The position numbers and the translations under genes are program-made. From the IMG/VR virus record IMGVR_UViG_3300032007_000001: a DNA stretch of 64,000 nt, one strand, 5' to 3'. Under the pieces are notes generated by a model. It saw nothing but the letters and a program-made list of their open reading frames with translations, did no database searches and had not been told where the DNA came from. Numbering within the stretch: the first letter of the stretch is position 1; each line of letters opens with the position of its first letter. This DNA comes from a virus (Duplodnaviria > Caudoviricetes). Shown here piece by piece: positions 1-9,127 of this stretch.

Positions 1-2
1 TT

Positions 3-230
3 GGAACACAGATGACAAAGGGCAATAACTATATCTTCGCTGCAACTTCAACAAGTGTTACACCAGAACCTGAAACAAAAGTTTGCATGATTACAGTCAA
101 TCCAATGACTAAGGACATTGCATTTGCAGATTTGCTCGCAGCAAAACATGATGTTATGTCACTTGGTTATGCATTTACTTGGTTGAAACGCGGTACATCC
201 TTTGGTGCACCTCTTGGCGAATGGCCATGA
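3..230 (+). CDS. C-terminal part of a gene entering from the left edge; ends in PLGEWP motif
   Basis: Frame open to window edge; C-terminus APLGEWP shared with next two ORFs. Confidence 0.6.
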   Translation, partial: GTQMTKGNNYIFAATSTSVTPEPETKVCMITVNPMTKDIAFADLLAAKHDVMSLGYAFTWLKRGTSFGAPLGEWP

Positions 231-243
231 TAGGAGAAACATT

Positions 244-417
244 ATGTCTGATATTCAAGAATATAACCAAATTGACATTGAAAACGATTCATTGACTGTT
301 GTAAGAGCAAAGATTGAAGCAATTGCAAAATCTCTTCGTAATCGCGCAGCAAACAACAGTAATGAATCAGAAGAAATCAATAATATGCTTAGTAAACCGC
401 TTGGTGAATGGCCTTAA
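244..417 (+). CDS. small protein, paralog of 434..715
   Basis: AGGAG RBS before ATG 244; shares EYNQIDIxNDSL..AKIEA.AK.LR.RA and KPLGEW with next ORF. Confidence 0.7.
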   Translation: MSDIQEYNQIDIENDSLTVVRAKIEAIAKSLRNRAANNSNESEEINNMLSKPLGEWP

Positions 418-433
418 TTAAAGGAGAATAATT

Positions 434-715
434 ATGGCAAATATTCCAGAGTATAATCAAATTGATATTGATAACGATTCACTAGTAGTAATTACGGCTA
501 AAATAGAAGCACTTGCCAAAGCACTTCGTCAACGCGCTGAAAAGACTACTAATGAAAAAGAAAAATCATATCTAAAAACAATTCTTTCAAAACCATTGAT
601 TCAATTAAGTCCTGAAGCTAAAGGCGAAGTAATTGAGCCAGTAGAACCAATTCAAAAAGAAGAAATTCTTGGAAATCCTGGGTCAGTACTTGGAAAACCA
701 CTTGCAGAATGGTAA
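434..715 (+). CDS. small protein, paralog of 244..417
   Basis: AAGGAG RBS; paralogy. Confidence 0.75.
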   Translation: MANIPEYNQIDIDNDSLVVITAKIEALAKALRQRAEKTTNEKEKSYLKTILSKPLIQLSPEAKGEVIEPVEPIQKEEILGNPGSVLGKPLAEW

Positions 716-722
716 TTTTAAG

Positions 723-752
723 AAAGCCGGTATAAACTATGCCGGCTTTTTT
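723..752 (+). terminator. intrinsic terminator
   Basis: AAAGCCGG-loop-CCGGCTTTTTT. Confidence 0.7.
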
Positions 753-792
753 ATTTTTCTAATAGAAAATTAATTGAATGGGAGAAAAGACT

Positions 793-1314
793 ATGAATAT
801 CATAAAAAACAGATTACAAAAATTAGCAGAAAATAAATTTTCGTATAAATTTGCTTCTAATTGGGTATATTGGGTAGAAGGATTTGATAAGATGGAAGAA
901 GAACTACCAGAATATTGGTCAGAATTTTATAGAGAAGCAAAAGAATTTGTAGAAAATGACTTTAATTCTTTTAAGAATGAATTTGTAGAAATAGCACAAA
1001 GAGATATACCAAGCATTATTGATTTAGCCTTTACATTAAAGCAAGACGATGCTATTATGACTGTAACGTATAACGAAGAACCAACCGATGATATATTGGA
1101 AAAAACAAAAAATTGGATAGAAGGACAATATAGTGACGGTTGGGGAGAAGGATTAGAACAAAATGCTTTTTCCACTTATGAAGATGAAGATGAAATGGAT
1201 TATGAAGATGAAGAAACTGGTGAAACATATACAGAATATGAACCAGTACAACGAAATATTTCTGTAAAATTACATCCTTTTGAACAAAAATTTTCGATAA
1301 ATGTCTTAAAATAA
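793..1314 (+). CDS. acidic protein with KxA-type leader (MNIIKNRLQKLA)
   Basis: GGAG RBS before ATG 793; GQYSDGWGEG motif; acidic. Confidence 0.75.
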   Translation: MNIIKNRLQKLAENKFSYKFASNWVYWVEGFDKMEEELPEYWSEFYREAKEFVENDFNSFKNEFVEIAQRDIPSIIDLAFTLKQDDAIMTVTYNEEPTDDILEKTKNWIEGQYSDGWGEGLEQNAFSTYEDEDEMDYEDEETGETYTEYEPVQRNISVKLHPFEQKFSINVLK

Positions 1315-1349
1315 TAAAAGAGAAGTCATAATGACTTCTCTTAATTTTT

Positions 1350-1426
1350 TGGCAGAGGCGGTAGGAGTCGGACCTACGAATATTCGGGTCAAAGCCGAAC
1401 GTGTTCAACCACTTCACCACGCCCCT
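1350..1426 (-). tRNA. tRNA-Gln(TTG)
   Basis: Cloverleaf, anticodon loop CT-TTG-AC, encoded CCA. Confidence 0.9.
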
Positions 1427-1466
1427 ATTTTAAGTATGCAATTTGTATAAATGTTTTGTTTTTAAT

Positions 1467-1543
1467 TGGAGCGTACAGTTGGATTTGAACCAACGAATAA
1501 CGGTTTTGCAGACCGTGCCCTTAGACCACTTGGGTATGTACGC
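1467..1543 (-). tRNA. tRNA-Cys(GCA)
   Basis: Cloverleaf, loop CT-GCA-AA, CCA end. Confidence 0.92.
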
Positions 1544-1545
1544 AT

Positions 1546-1623
1546 TGGCTCCCGAGGTAGGACTCGAACCTACGACCTACGGTTTAACAGACCGTTGCTA
1601 ACCACCAGCTGAGCTACTCGGGA
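1546..1623 (-). tRNA. tRNA-Asn(GTT)
   Basis: Cloverleaf, loop CT-GTT-AA, CCA end. Confidence 0.92.
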
Positions 1624-1628
1624 ATATT

Positions 1629-1714
1629 TGGTTGGTCGGGTAGGATTTGAACCTACGAAGGATTACTCCGCGTGATTTACAGTCACGATGCTTTAACCAC
1701 TTGCATACCGGCCA
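1629..1714 (-). tRNA. tRNA-Tyr(GTA)
   Basis: Cloverleaf with long variable arm, loop CT-GTA-AA, CCA end. Confidence 0.9.
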
Positions 1715-1747
1715 TTATATTTTTTAATACTTTATCAAACAATAGAT

Positions 1748-1776
1748 ATTATATCATGTTTCAATAAATTTGTAAA
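1748..1776 (-). promoter_or_regulatory. sigma70/A-like promoter for tRNA cluster
   Basis: TTTACA-N17-TATAAT with TG extension. Confidence 0.7.
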
Positions 1777-1792
1777 TATTTTTTTATGAAAA

Positions 1793-2065
1793 TCAAAGAC
1801 CAAATGTTGTTATAATTATTTTTTTGCTATTAAAAATTTTTTTTATGATTTCATCTTCAAAAGAATATGTCCAATGTTTATTATTTTTTCTAAAGTGTCT
1901 CTTCAATTCTTTTTTATCAAACATTTTGCACGGTTCGAATAAAAAATTAGTTGTATTATCCATAAAAAATGCTATTTGATAATTCATTACAACAAGATAG
2001 CAATCTAAATAAAATTTTATACCATGTATTTCAAATGTATGATAATACTTCATTTTTATTCTCAT
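1793..2065 (-). CDS. small Gly-X-terminal family protein
   Basis: ends TFGL; ATGA overlap. Confidence 0.7.
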   Translation of the reverse strand: MRIKMKYYHTFEIHGIKFYLDCYLVVMNYQIAFFMDNTTNFLFEPCKMFDKKELKRHFRKNNKHWTYSFEDEIIKKIFNSKKIIITTFGL

Positions 2066-2310
2066 AATCCAATCTTTTCCAATAAAACACCCTTAAATAT
2101 TGAAATGGCGAAGTCACTATTATCTGGATTTAGTTCTTCTATATATCCATCTTGACTTGTTGAAAATGAAAAATTATCATAATTAAAAATTATTTCTACT
2201 TTTTTGTTATTTACATAAACCATACCGCCTATAATGCGTTTTTGCCTCGTATAAAATTCATAAAAATTAAAATTCATTATGTCATATGGCATATCAATAT
2301 CCCACTTCAA
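2062..2310 (-). CDS. small Gly-X-terminal family protein (start may be 2292)
   Basis: ends KIGL. Confidence 0.65.
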   Translation of the reverse strand: MKWDIDMPYDIMNFNFYEFYTRQKRIIGGMVYVNNKKVEIIFNYDNFSFSTSQDGYIEELNPDNSDFAISIFKGVLLEKIGL

Positions 2311-2530
2311 TCATAAAATATTTTTTTCTATCTTCTACAACAAGAGCGCATGGACCAACAAATCTATAACTACTAAAATAATCAAAAATCTCGTCAAAGA
2401 TTGTATCTTTTTCTAATGCACGACATAAATCTTTTGATGATTTTGGATAAACGTTAAGAGCTAATCTATTTAATTGTTTATTTTGAGTTAAAATAAAATC
2501 AATATATGATTGGTAGCTTATAATCTTCAT
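2294..2530 (-). CDS. small Gly-X-terminal family protein
   Basis: ends EVGY; ATGA-coupled to upstream gene. Confidence 0.65.
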   Translation of the reverse strand: MKIISYQSYIDFILTQNKQLNRLALNVYPKSSKDLCRALEKDTIFDEIFDYFSSYRFVGPCALVVEDRKKYFMIEVGY

Positions 2531-2883
2531 GTAATTTTCCATTCTCCGTCTGGACGCATTTTCGCTAAAGCTAAAAGTTGATTTAATGCTCGTTTCGCAT
2601 TGCCTTCTGTAGCATTCCAATAATTGGAATCCACATTATCTTTAAGTTTATTGATAGCACTTTGAAGAATTGGAATTGAATCAACAGCCGACATACCTTC
2701 AATTTTATGAATTCCGTCTTTACCCATCACTTTTTGGAAAATACTGCTATAATTATATGTAATATTTAACCACATTTCTTTCGTACCACCAACAACATAT
2801 GTCCCACCGGTCATGAGATGCTCTGTAGTGGTCTCTAACACTTCTTTTGTTACTGGGTCAATAAGATACATGTCGTAACTCAT
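2527..2883 (-). CDS. conserved phage hypothetical protein
   Basis: AGGAG RBS; MSYD...NITYNY...YW.ATEGNA pattern recalled from phage hypotheticals. Confidence 0.8.
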   Translation of the reverse strand: MSYDMYLIDPVTKEVLETTTEHLMTGGTYVVGGTKEMWLNITYNYSSIFQKVMGKDGIHKIEGMSAVDSIPILQSAINKLKDNVDSNYWNATEGNAKRALNQLLALAKMRPDGEWKIT

Positions 2884-2901
2884 AATGCATTCTCCTTTCC
2901 C

Positions 2902-3258
2902 TTATAGCCCTATTCTTTGGATTAAATTTAATCTTTTATAAAAATTCTTAACAACTTCTATAATTGCATTTTTTTCTTCATTAGTAAAGTAATCTTTTAT
3001 AGTTTTTAAGATATATTTTTTTGTAAAAATATCATATTCATCTAATGTTTCGCAATATTCTTTCCCATTACATTTTACAATCAAATCACTTGTATAAATT
3101 TTCCTAAGTGCTATACCAAATGTATTGATACGCATTGTTCTCAATATACCTAAGTTAATTATTACAAGTATATTTCTATTTTCGCGAATAACGTAACTTC
3201 CAGTAAATTGTCCATGATTACTGGAGAATGATTTTTCTTGTACTTTATAGTCCATCAT
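2902..3258 (-). CDS. small Gly-X-terminal family protein
   Basis: ends RIGL. Confidence 0.7.
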   Translation of the reverse strand: MMDYKVQEKSFSSNHGQFTGSYVIRENRNILVIINLGILRTMRINTFGIALRKIYTSDLIVKCNGKEYCETLDEYDIFTKKYILKTIKDYFTNEEKNAIIEVVKNFYKRLNLIQRIGL

Positions 3259-3529
3259 GCAAAACCTTTTTATAAAATGATTGACGAATGATTTTATCTA
3301 TCCATTTATAATATCTAGCAAAGACTATCTTTCTTTTTAGATTCATTCTTTGAGATATTCTTTTCATATCATTAAAGTAGTCGTTATTGTATCTTATGAC
3401 AATAGTTTCTCTAAAAGAATCGTTTAAGATAAAAACTGCATAAATTTTATTAAATTCATATTTTTCGCTGAGCAATAGATTTATTTTCAATTGTATGTCA
3501 TTGTTTTTCAAAGAAAAAATTTCTTTCAT
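3245..3529 (-). CDS. small Gly-X-terminal family protein
   Basis: ends HDGL; ATGA overlap. Confidence 0.7.
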   Translation of the reverse strand: MKEIFSLKNNDIQLKINLLLSEKYEFNKIYAVFILNDSFRETIVIRYNNDYFNDMKRISQRMNLKRKIVFARYYKWIDKIIRQSFYKKVLHDGL

Positions 3530-3849
3530 AATCCGTTAACTCCAATAAAATTATTGTAGTATTTATGCAAAATATCTATAATTTCTTTATTCGAATTTAT
3601 GAGGTATCTTTGTGCTATTGGGTCTAAATTTGAATTTTTGATTTCAATGAATAGATATTGTGATAAGAAATTTATGAAATTTGGAAACAAAATAAATGTA
3701 AAGATAGCATTGTATTGATAAGAATGACCATCATGATATGGCACATAAGTTGTTACTTGCATATATATTTTATCTATTGATGGGTCGAAACTGTTTTTAA
3801 GTCTTAGAAAAATAGTTTTATTGATATTTTCGCTGACTTCAAATTCCAT
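3526..3849 (-). CDS. small Gly-X-terminal family protein
   Basis: ends VNGL; GGTGA RBS. Confidence 0.7.
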   Translation of the reverse strand: MEFEVSENINKTIFLRLKNSFDPSIDKIYMQVTTYVPYHDGHSYQYNAIFTFILFPNFINFLSQYLFIEIKNSNLDPIAQRYLINSNKEIIDILHKYYNNFIGVNGL

Positions 3850-3865
3850 AAAAATCACCAAATAC

Positions 3866-3894
3866 ATTGTACCATAAATTCAAAATAATGTAAA
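3866..3894 (-). promoter_or_regulatory. early-type promoter
   Basis: TTTACA-N17-TACAAT with TG extension. Confidence 0.65.
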
Positions 3895-3927
3895 TAAAAA
3901 AGAGGTTAAAAACCTCTTTTTAAATTA

Positions 3928-4421
3928 TTAAAGTCTATCAAAAATATTATTTACAATATCGTCTACAAGATACTTTTTCAAACTTGATAAATCATAATTT
4001 GTATTTATATATTTTAATATTTTTTCTTTTACAATATTTTCGTTTCTGTTTGTTTTATATATTTTTTTACAATCTTTTAAAATTTTGTCTTCATTATAAT
4101 TAATTTCATGAAGAGAATTTGCTGTATCTATATCCATATAACAATCACAATTTTCTACATCATTAAACGGAACATACATCATTGTTACTATTTCTCTATC
4201 ATCTTTATTATATTTATCATCTTCTTTTTCATCATTGTCTGGCCATTCAAGGATATCATCATCATAACTATAGTCACTGTCATCATAATCGTTTTCTATG
4301 TCGCATATTTCTCCGTAATCATTTATATAACATTCTCTTTCTTCCATAGAAGAAGTATCAAATCCAGTATAATATCAACTCTTGCTATTTTCTTTCTAAG
4401 TCTTTTTGTTATTGCATTCAT
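3928..4421 (-). pseudogene. acidic KxA-leader protein with 1-nt frameshift near 4372 (body ORF 3928..4347)
   Basis: GAGG RBS + ATG 4421 gives MNAITKRLRKKIA, out of frame with acidic body by one base. Confidence 0.55.
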
Positions 4422-4524
4422 TTGTTTTTACCTCACTTAATTAATCAATTTTAATATATATAAACATTCCATATAAAAAAATTACAAAAATAAAAAGCGA
4501 AGCGTTTGCTTCGCTGTAATTTTC

Positions 4525-4888
4525 TGGTGGAGATGAGGAGAATCGAACTCCTGTCCGAAACAAGACTTCAAATGGGTCATTACCGCTGCTAGCTGGCTTA
4601 TCGCACCAGTATACGTATAAAAGAAAGGGGGATTTGATGAAAATGGTTTTCTTAATTCTTAAGAAAAGTCCAAAGAAATAGTGGGAATTATCTGAAACCC
4701 AGTAGCGGCTTCTCCACAGTCTTACTGGGGGCTGGTAAAGCGTGGCAGACTTACGCCGGCATTACCTTACGCAGCGATGGCAACATAATCGTTGTCAGTT
4801 ATTTTTTTGAAACGTTTTTTAGGATTCAGTTTCTTCATCCCGCGGAACCTCAAATGATTTCTCATCCCGTCGAAACCATTGCATCCCC
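4525..4888 (-). ncRNA. ssrA: tmRNA; tag (A)DNDYVAIAA* at 4796..4767
   Basis: 5' GGGGATGCAATGGTTTCGAC, 3' T-arm GGAGTTCGATTCTCC..CCACCA; TAACT-GAC resume context; tag ends AA-stop. Confidence 0.93.
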
Positions 4889-4957
4889 AATATTCAATTT
4901 TATGTATTTACAACATAATATATGTTTGTGTTGAAGTAATAACCATTTTTAAGTAAA

Positions 4958-5092
4958 GAGGAAGAGACATTGGTTTTGATGATTTTCACAGGAAGAATGA
5001 ACTTGAACCAATGTCTCTACTCCAATAACGAAGGCTTTTAGCGAGGTTGTAAATATACAAAGGAGGCTGCAAAATACAGAGAGGCCTCGCTT
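4958..5092 (-). ncRNA. candidate two-hairpin small RNA upstream of tmRNA
   Basis: Stems AGCGAGG/CCTCGCT and AGAGACATTGGTT/AACCAATGTCTCT, no ORF, downstream of promoter. Confidence 0.4.
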
Positions 5093-5105
5093 CAAGCTTG
5101 AAGAT

Positions 5106-5134
5106 ATTATACCATAGAATTTCTAAAAAGTAAA
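5106..5134 (-). promoter_or_regulatory. promoter for sRNA/tmRNA region
   Basis: TTTACT-N17-TATAAT with TG extension. Confidence 0.65.
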
Positions 5135-5143
5135 TAACTTTAG

Positions 5144-6094
5144 TTATACAATTTTTGAAGCACAAAGACCATCACACGTTTCTGTAAAATTAGAACATTT
5201 ATAACACGGTGTTTTTTGAAAATTATTTTGCATATATTGATTATATCTTTCTTTTAATACTTTTATAAGAATTTTTGGATTTCTAAAATCGAAAACATTA
5301 TCTACTTTAATAAATTTTGAAGATGAACACCAAACAACAGAATTATCAACTAAAATATCGAGAGGCGGTACTTTCTTATAACAGCATATGGTACTAAACT
5401 TAATTTTATTTTTATATTTTGTGGTAAATAATTTAATGGTTTCTTGTTTTACTTCGCATTCATTGATTGAACAATCAAACCCAAATGTTGTTTCTGGATA
5501 AACATCTAATATTTTTTCCATAAAATATACAACATCATTGCCGCTATCGTGCTTAAAATCATATTTAATCTTAAAATTTGGAGTCATCGGAGCAACCCTT
5601 ACATTAATATATTCTCTATTTAAGATTCTTATTGTATTTAATATTCTATCTATAGATTTATCTATATCATCCTTATTTGGAAGCAATGTTGTTCCTATAC
5701 TCATATAAAAATTATTTGGAATGCGACTCACATTTTCTTCAAATTGTTTTTTTTGTGAATCGTTATAATCACAATTAATTAACATTCCGCTAATGATGCT
5801 TAAATTTTTTAAGAAAATATCTATTTTATCTGATGAAACATTAAAATTTGTAAGAAACCCAATTGATTTATTATTTTCATTAAATACATCAAATAATCCT
5901 TGTAAATCAGAATACAAAAGCGGTTCTCCACCAAAAACTTTTATATTTTTCATTTTTGGAGCCCATTTAAGTATTTTGTCTATATTTTCTAGAGTCATTT
6001 CTCGTTTAGGTATCTTATCATTTGACAAATACCATTCTTTTTGAAAACAGAATTCACATCTTCTATTGCATTCATTTGTAATTGATATATTCAT
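5144..6094 (-). CDS. radical SAM protein with Cys-rich (SPASM-like) C-terminus
   Basis: CNRRCEFC, GGEPLL, CxxC..CxGxC tail. Confidence 0.88.
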   Translation of the reverse strand: MNISITNECNRRCEFCFQKEWYLSNDKIPKREMTLENIDKILKWAPKMKNIKVFGGEPLLYSDLQGLFDVFNENNKSIGFLTNFNVSSDKIDIFLKNLSIISGMLINCDYNDSQKKQFEENVSRIPNNFYMSIGTTLLPNKDDIDKSIDRILNTIRILNREYINVRVAPMTPNFKIKYDFKHDSGNDVVYFMEKILDVYPETTFGFDCSINECEVKQETIKLFTTKYKNKIKFSTICCYKKVPPLDILVDNSVVWCSSSKFIKVDNVFDFRNPKILIKVLKERYNQYMQNNFQKTPCYKCSNFTETCDGLCASKIV

Positions 6095-6237
6095 TATTTC
6101 ACTTCTTTCTTTTTTCAATTTATCTTATTCAAAGTGTACTTTTATTTTAATTTATGATAGAATAATCATGCTAAAAGAATTTTTCCAAGATTAATTGGAT
6201 GGGATTAATTTCTCATCCAATTTTTCTTTTTATAAAG

Positions 6238-6275
6238 GAAAAGAGATGAGTAGTGTGGGTTACTCATCTCTTTTC
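6238..6275 (-). terminator. bidirectional hairpin terminator after intron-containing tRNA
   Basis: GAAAAGAGATGAGTA/TACTCATCTCTTTTC inverted repeat. Confidence 0.65.
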
Positions 6276-6304
6276 TATATATAGAGGAGGTATAGTGATG
6301 TCAA

Positions 6305-6777
6305 TGGTACACATGAATGGAGTTGAACCATTGTCACTGGTTTATCGTACCACACATGGTTATGATTTCCCATGCCGTTTATTATGCCCATCCTTGGACG
6401 AAACGTTGTGGTCTGGAACATGTCTTCACCATATTTTTCAATTGCAATAATAAGCAAGCCTATCATTACACAAAAAACTTAGGTGGCTGGTATATGTTCT
6501 CTACACATTTACCAAAATCTTACTAAAATTGCAGATGTTATATATGCCATTAAAATACGTTGTAGTATCTTTTTGCATATCATCTATGGTGCAAATTAGT
6601 ATTTGGATTTAGCACGGCATACCCTAACTCTCTGCCGATTTAGCCAGCATTCACTTAAACCGTTTCCAATCTAAGTGCTCCCGTTCTCACGGATAAGACA
6701 TCGTAACCATAGTAGGATTACTAGACTTATATTAGGAAATTTTAAGACCAGCGCACTCACCGTTGTGCTACATGTGC
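6305..6777 (-). tRNA. tRNA-Ile(TAT) interrupted by a group I intron; exons 6777..6744 and 6345..6305
   Basis: Joined exons fold into a full cloverleaf GCACATG..CTGGT-CTTATAA-ACCAG..CATGTGTACCA. Confidence 0.82.
6346..6743 (-). mobile_element. group I intron (about 398 nt, no homing endonuclease ORF)
   Basis: P3 GCTGG/CCAGC, P7 GAACA/TGTTC in GTAGAGAACA and GAAGACATGTTCCAGAC, 5' exon ends in U, intron ends in G. Confidence 0.82.
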
Positions 6778-6815
6778 GTTACAAATTATAATAAACAGAA
6801 AAATGGTTTTTGTTT

Positions 6816-7115
6816 TTAATTTCTTGGATAAATACAAATACTTAAATAATTTTTAGTTTCTTCGACAGTCCATGTATTTGGAAATTTATTTTTTAAGATT
6901 TCGCTGTCACTTTTGAAAACAATTGATTTAACATCATCATTGAATTTTAGCTTAAATCCTTGTATCTTAAAAAATTGGTCAAGGAATGTTTTAACTGGCA
7001 TTATCGTTATCATTAATGTTTTACCGTCCAATCCAAAAGATACGTTGCTACAAAATATGACATTACACAACACATAAAAACAGCCAATAAAAAGTAACAA
7101 AACATAAGTTTGCAA
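6816..7115 (-). CDS. hypothetical protein
   Basis: ORF co-oriented with neighbours; start uncertain. Confidence 0.5.
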   Translation of the reverse strand: MQTYVLLLFIGCFYVLCNVIFCSNVSFGLDGKTLMITIMPVKTFLDQFFKIQGFKLKFNDDVKSIVFKSDSEILKNKFPNTWTVEETKNYLSICIYPRN

Positions 7116-7159
7116 TAACTTATAAATTCCTTATAAGAAAAATCATCAAAAAAATTCAT

Positions 7160-7423
7160 CTACCTCACCACTTCAAAATATTGTTTCTGAAAGTCTTCTT
7201 TTATATTGAAAGAAGCGGCATTCAATGCCTTGACAAGGCTTTTATCGGTTTTTATATTTAAGTCAATATGTTTATTACCTTCTTTTATTTCAGCATTCTT
7301 GCCGTCTGCCAGAAGGCCAGAATACTTTCCAATCAATTGCTGAAGAGTACCTGTAACATATTTTCTAACATCGTTTTCTCTTACTTCTATAGTGAAAATT
7401 CTTTTATTATTCAAATCAATCAC
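7160..7423 (-). CDS. hypothetical phage protein
   Basis: ORF with RBS. Confidence 0.7.
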   Translation of the reverse strand: MIDLNNKRIFTIEVRENDVRKYVTGTLQQLIGKYSGLLADGKNAEIKEGNKHIDLNIKTDKSLVKALNAASFNIKEDFQKQYFEVVR

Positions 7424-7466
7424 CCTTTATCTATTTTATCAAAAAAATTAGTCAAAGTACAATTGA

Positions 7467-7742
7467 TTATTTTACCCAATAATTAATTTTGATGGTTTCT
7501 CCTACATACAAGATAAATCCTTCTTTTTCTCTTTTTGCTAAAAAAGGATTGATTTCAACAATACCATATTCGAATTCTTTTAATTCTCTTTTTGAATACG
7601 TATTTTTTTCCATGAATTCCTGTGCAATCGTACTTAATGTATCTCCATCTTGCACATCATACATTTCTGTAATCAATTGATATGCGTGACATATGTTACT
7701 AACAGCTAAGCAAATAAACAATACAAATACTTTTTTCCACAT
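7467..7742 (-). CDS. secreted LysM-domain protein
   Basis: Signal peptide; YDVQDGDTLSTIA..INP..LYVGETIKI LysM pattern. Confidence 0.8.
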   Translation of the reverse strand: MWKKVFVLFICLAVSNICHAYQLITEMYDVQDGDTLSTIAQEFMEKNTYSKRELKEFEYGIVEINPFLAKREKEGFILYVGETIKINYWVK

Positions 7743-7864
7743 TTGAAATTCCCCCTTATAGACATAGTAACATGTATTTAGAAGAATGTAAATAATGTAT
7801 TGCAAAATAATTATTTGTAATGTTTTTTATAAAATAAAAAAAAATACAAAAAGAAGGTAAAAAT

Positions 7865-8725
7865 GTGTTAATTAAACATATGAAAGAAAGAAATAAATTA
7901 ACGCTCGAACAGTATCTTAAAAAAATTAATAATATTGTTAATGTACAAACATCTCTCATGAAAATTTCATTAAATATATCAGATGATTGCAATATGAAAT
8001 GTAAAATATGTCCAAGAGGAAATGGATATATACACAAAAATAATTTACCAATGTTTATGTCATTAGATACTGTAAAATTATTTGCTTCACAACTTGGTAA
8101 AGACTGCAAAACAATATTAATTTTAGCTGGAATGGGTGAACCGACATTACATCCGCAATTAAAAGAAATAATCAATATATTACATACATATTGTCCAAAA
8201 TGTAAAATAAATATGACAACAAATGGATTAAATTTGACAGATGATATTATAAATATAAATGCATTAAATGTTATAGTAATCAGTGCATATAGTCAAAAAT
8301 TATTAAATGAATATATACAAAAATACGAACATATTGAAAAAATCATATTACAACCAATGTTTGAAGGAAATTATTTTAAGGAAATTAATAATAGAGCTAA
8401 TAATAGTTACTATGTATCTGAAGAAAAAATTCCAAATAATTCGCCATGCAATTTACCTTTTTGTAATTTAACATTAGACTTAAATGGAGACATATTACCG
8501 TGTTGTTTAGATTTTCAAAGAATAAGTGTTATGGGAAATATTTATAAACAAAACATTTATAATATTTGGGAAAACAATTTTAAGAATTTGAGGTTTGCTC
8601 ATATTCACAAAAATAGAAAAGAAAATAAACTGTGTTGTCAATGTGACGTAATCGGAATGAAAGAATCAAATATAAATAGATTTTTTAACTTTTGGAAAAA
8701 TTATTATGAAAAAAAAGAGGCCTAA
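7865..8725 (+). CDS. radical SAM protein with SPASM/Twitch domain
   Basis: CNMKCKIC, GMGEPTLHP, TTNG, C..PF..GDILPCC..GNI..CxxC. Confidence 0.9.
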   Translation: MLIKHMKERNKLTLEQYLKKINNIVNVQTSLMKISLNISDDCNMKCKICPRGNGYIHKNNLPMFMSLDTVKLFASQLGKDCKTILILAGMGEPTLHPQLKEIINILHTYCPKCKINMTTNGLNLTDDIININALNVIVISAYSQKLLNEYIQKYEHIEKIILQPMFEGNYFKEINNRANNSYYVSEEKIPNNSPCNLPFCNLTLDLNGDILPCCLDFQRISVMGNIYKQNIYNIWENNFKNLRFAHIHKNRKENKLCCQCDVIGMKESNINRFFNFWKNYYEKKEA

Positions 8726-8734
8726 TGGCCTCTT

Positions 8735-9061
8735 TTATGCATTTGAATCAAATGTTGATTGTCTTATTGCTTCTAACGTAGCATTTTTTGTATATGATAT
8801 TTTGTTTACAAAACTTTCTACTGTTTTTTCTACATCTCTCATTTTTTCTGCAGTAGCCTGTTGACCAAGTTGATCTGCTTTTTCATTGCTTTGCTGGAAT
8901 ACAGAAGAACCAGCTTTCGTTTCATTACCAAAATTGCTTACACTTAAATCTTCTTTTACTTCATTAGATACTTTTTTCGTTACTTGAAATCCTTGTAAAT
9001 CAGTATCATGAGCAATTGAATTAAGTCCTACATTTCCAACTAACATATTAATCGCCTCCAT
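8735..9061 (-). CDS. hypothetical protein
   Basis: ORF converging on terminator at about 8714-8735. Confidence 0.65.
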   Translation of the reverse strand: MEAINMLVGNVGLNSIAHDTDLQGFQVTKKVSNEVKEDLSVSNFGNETKAGSSVFQQSNEKADQLGQQATAEKMRDVEKTVESFVNKISYTKNATLEAIRQSTFDSNA

Positions 9062-9127
9062 GCTTATTTGTAACTAAATATATTGTATGTAAAAAATAAA
9101 AACATGTAAGCAATTTTAGTTTACAGA

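Noticed and set aside
6253-6526. Short ORFs 6253..6450, 6275..6466, 6317..6526
   Set aside because: They overlap the tRNA exon and group I intron core; no endonuclease motifs.
6305-6777. Spliced anticodon GAU (intron after U33)
   Set aside because: Would require the intron to end in C rather than the invariant G.
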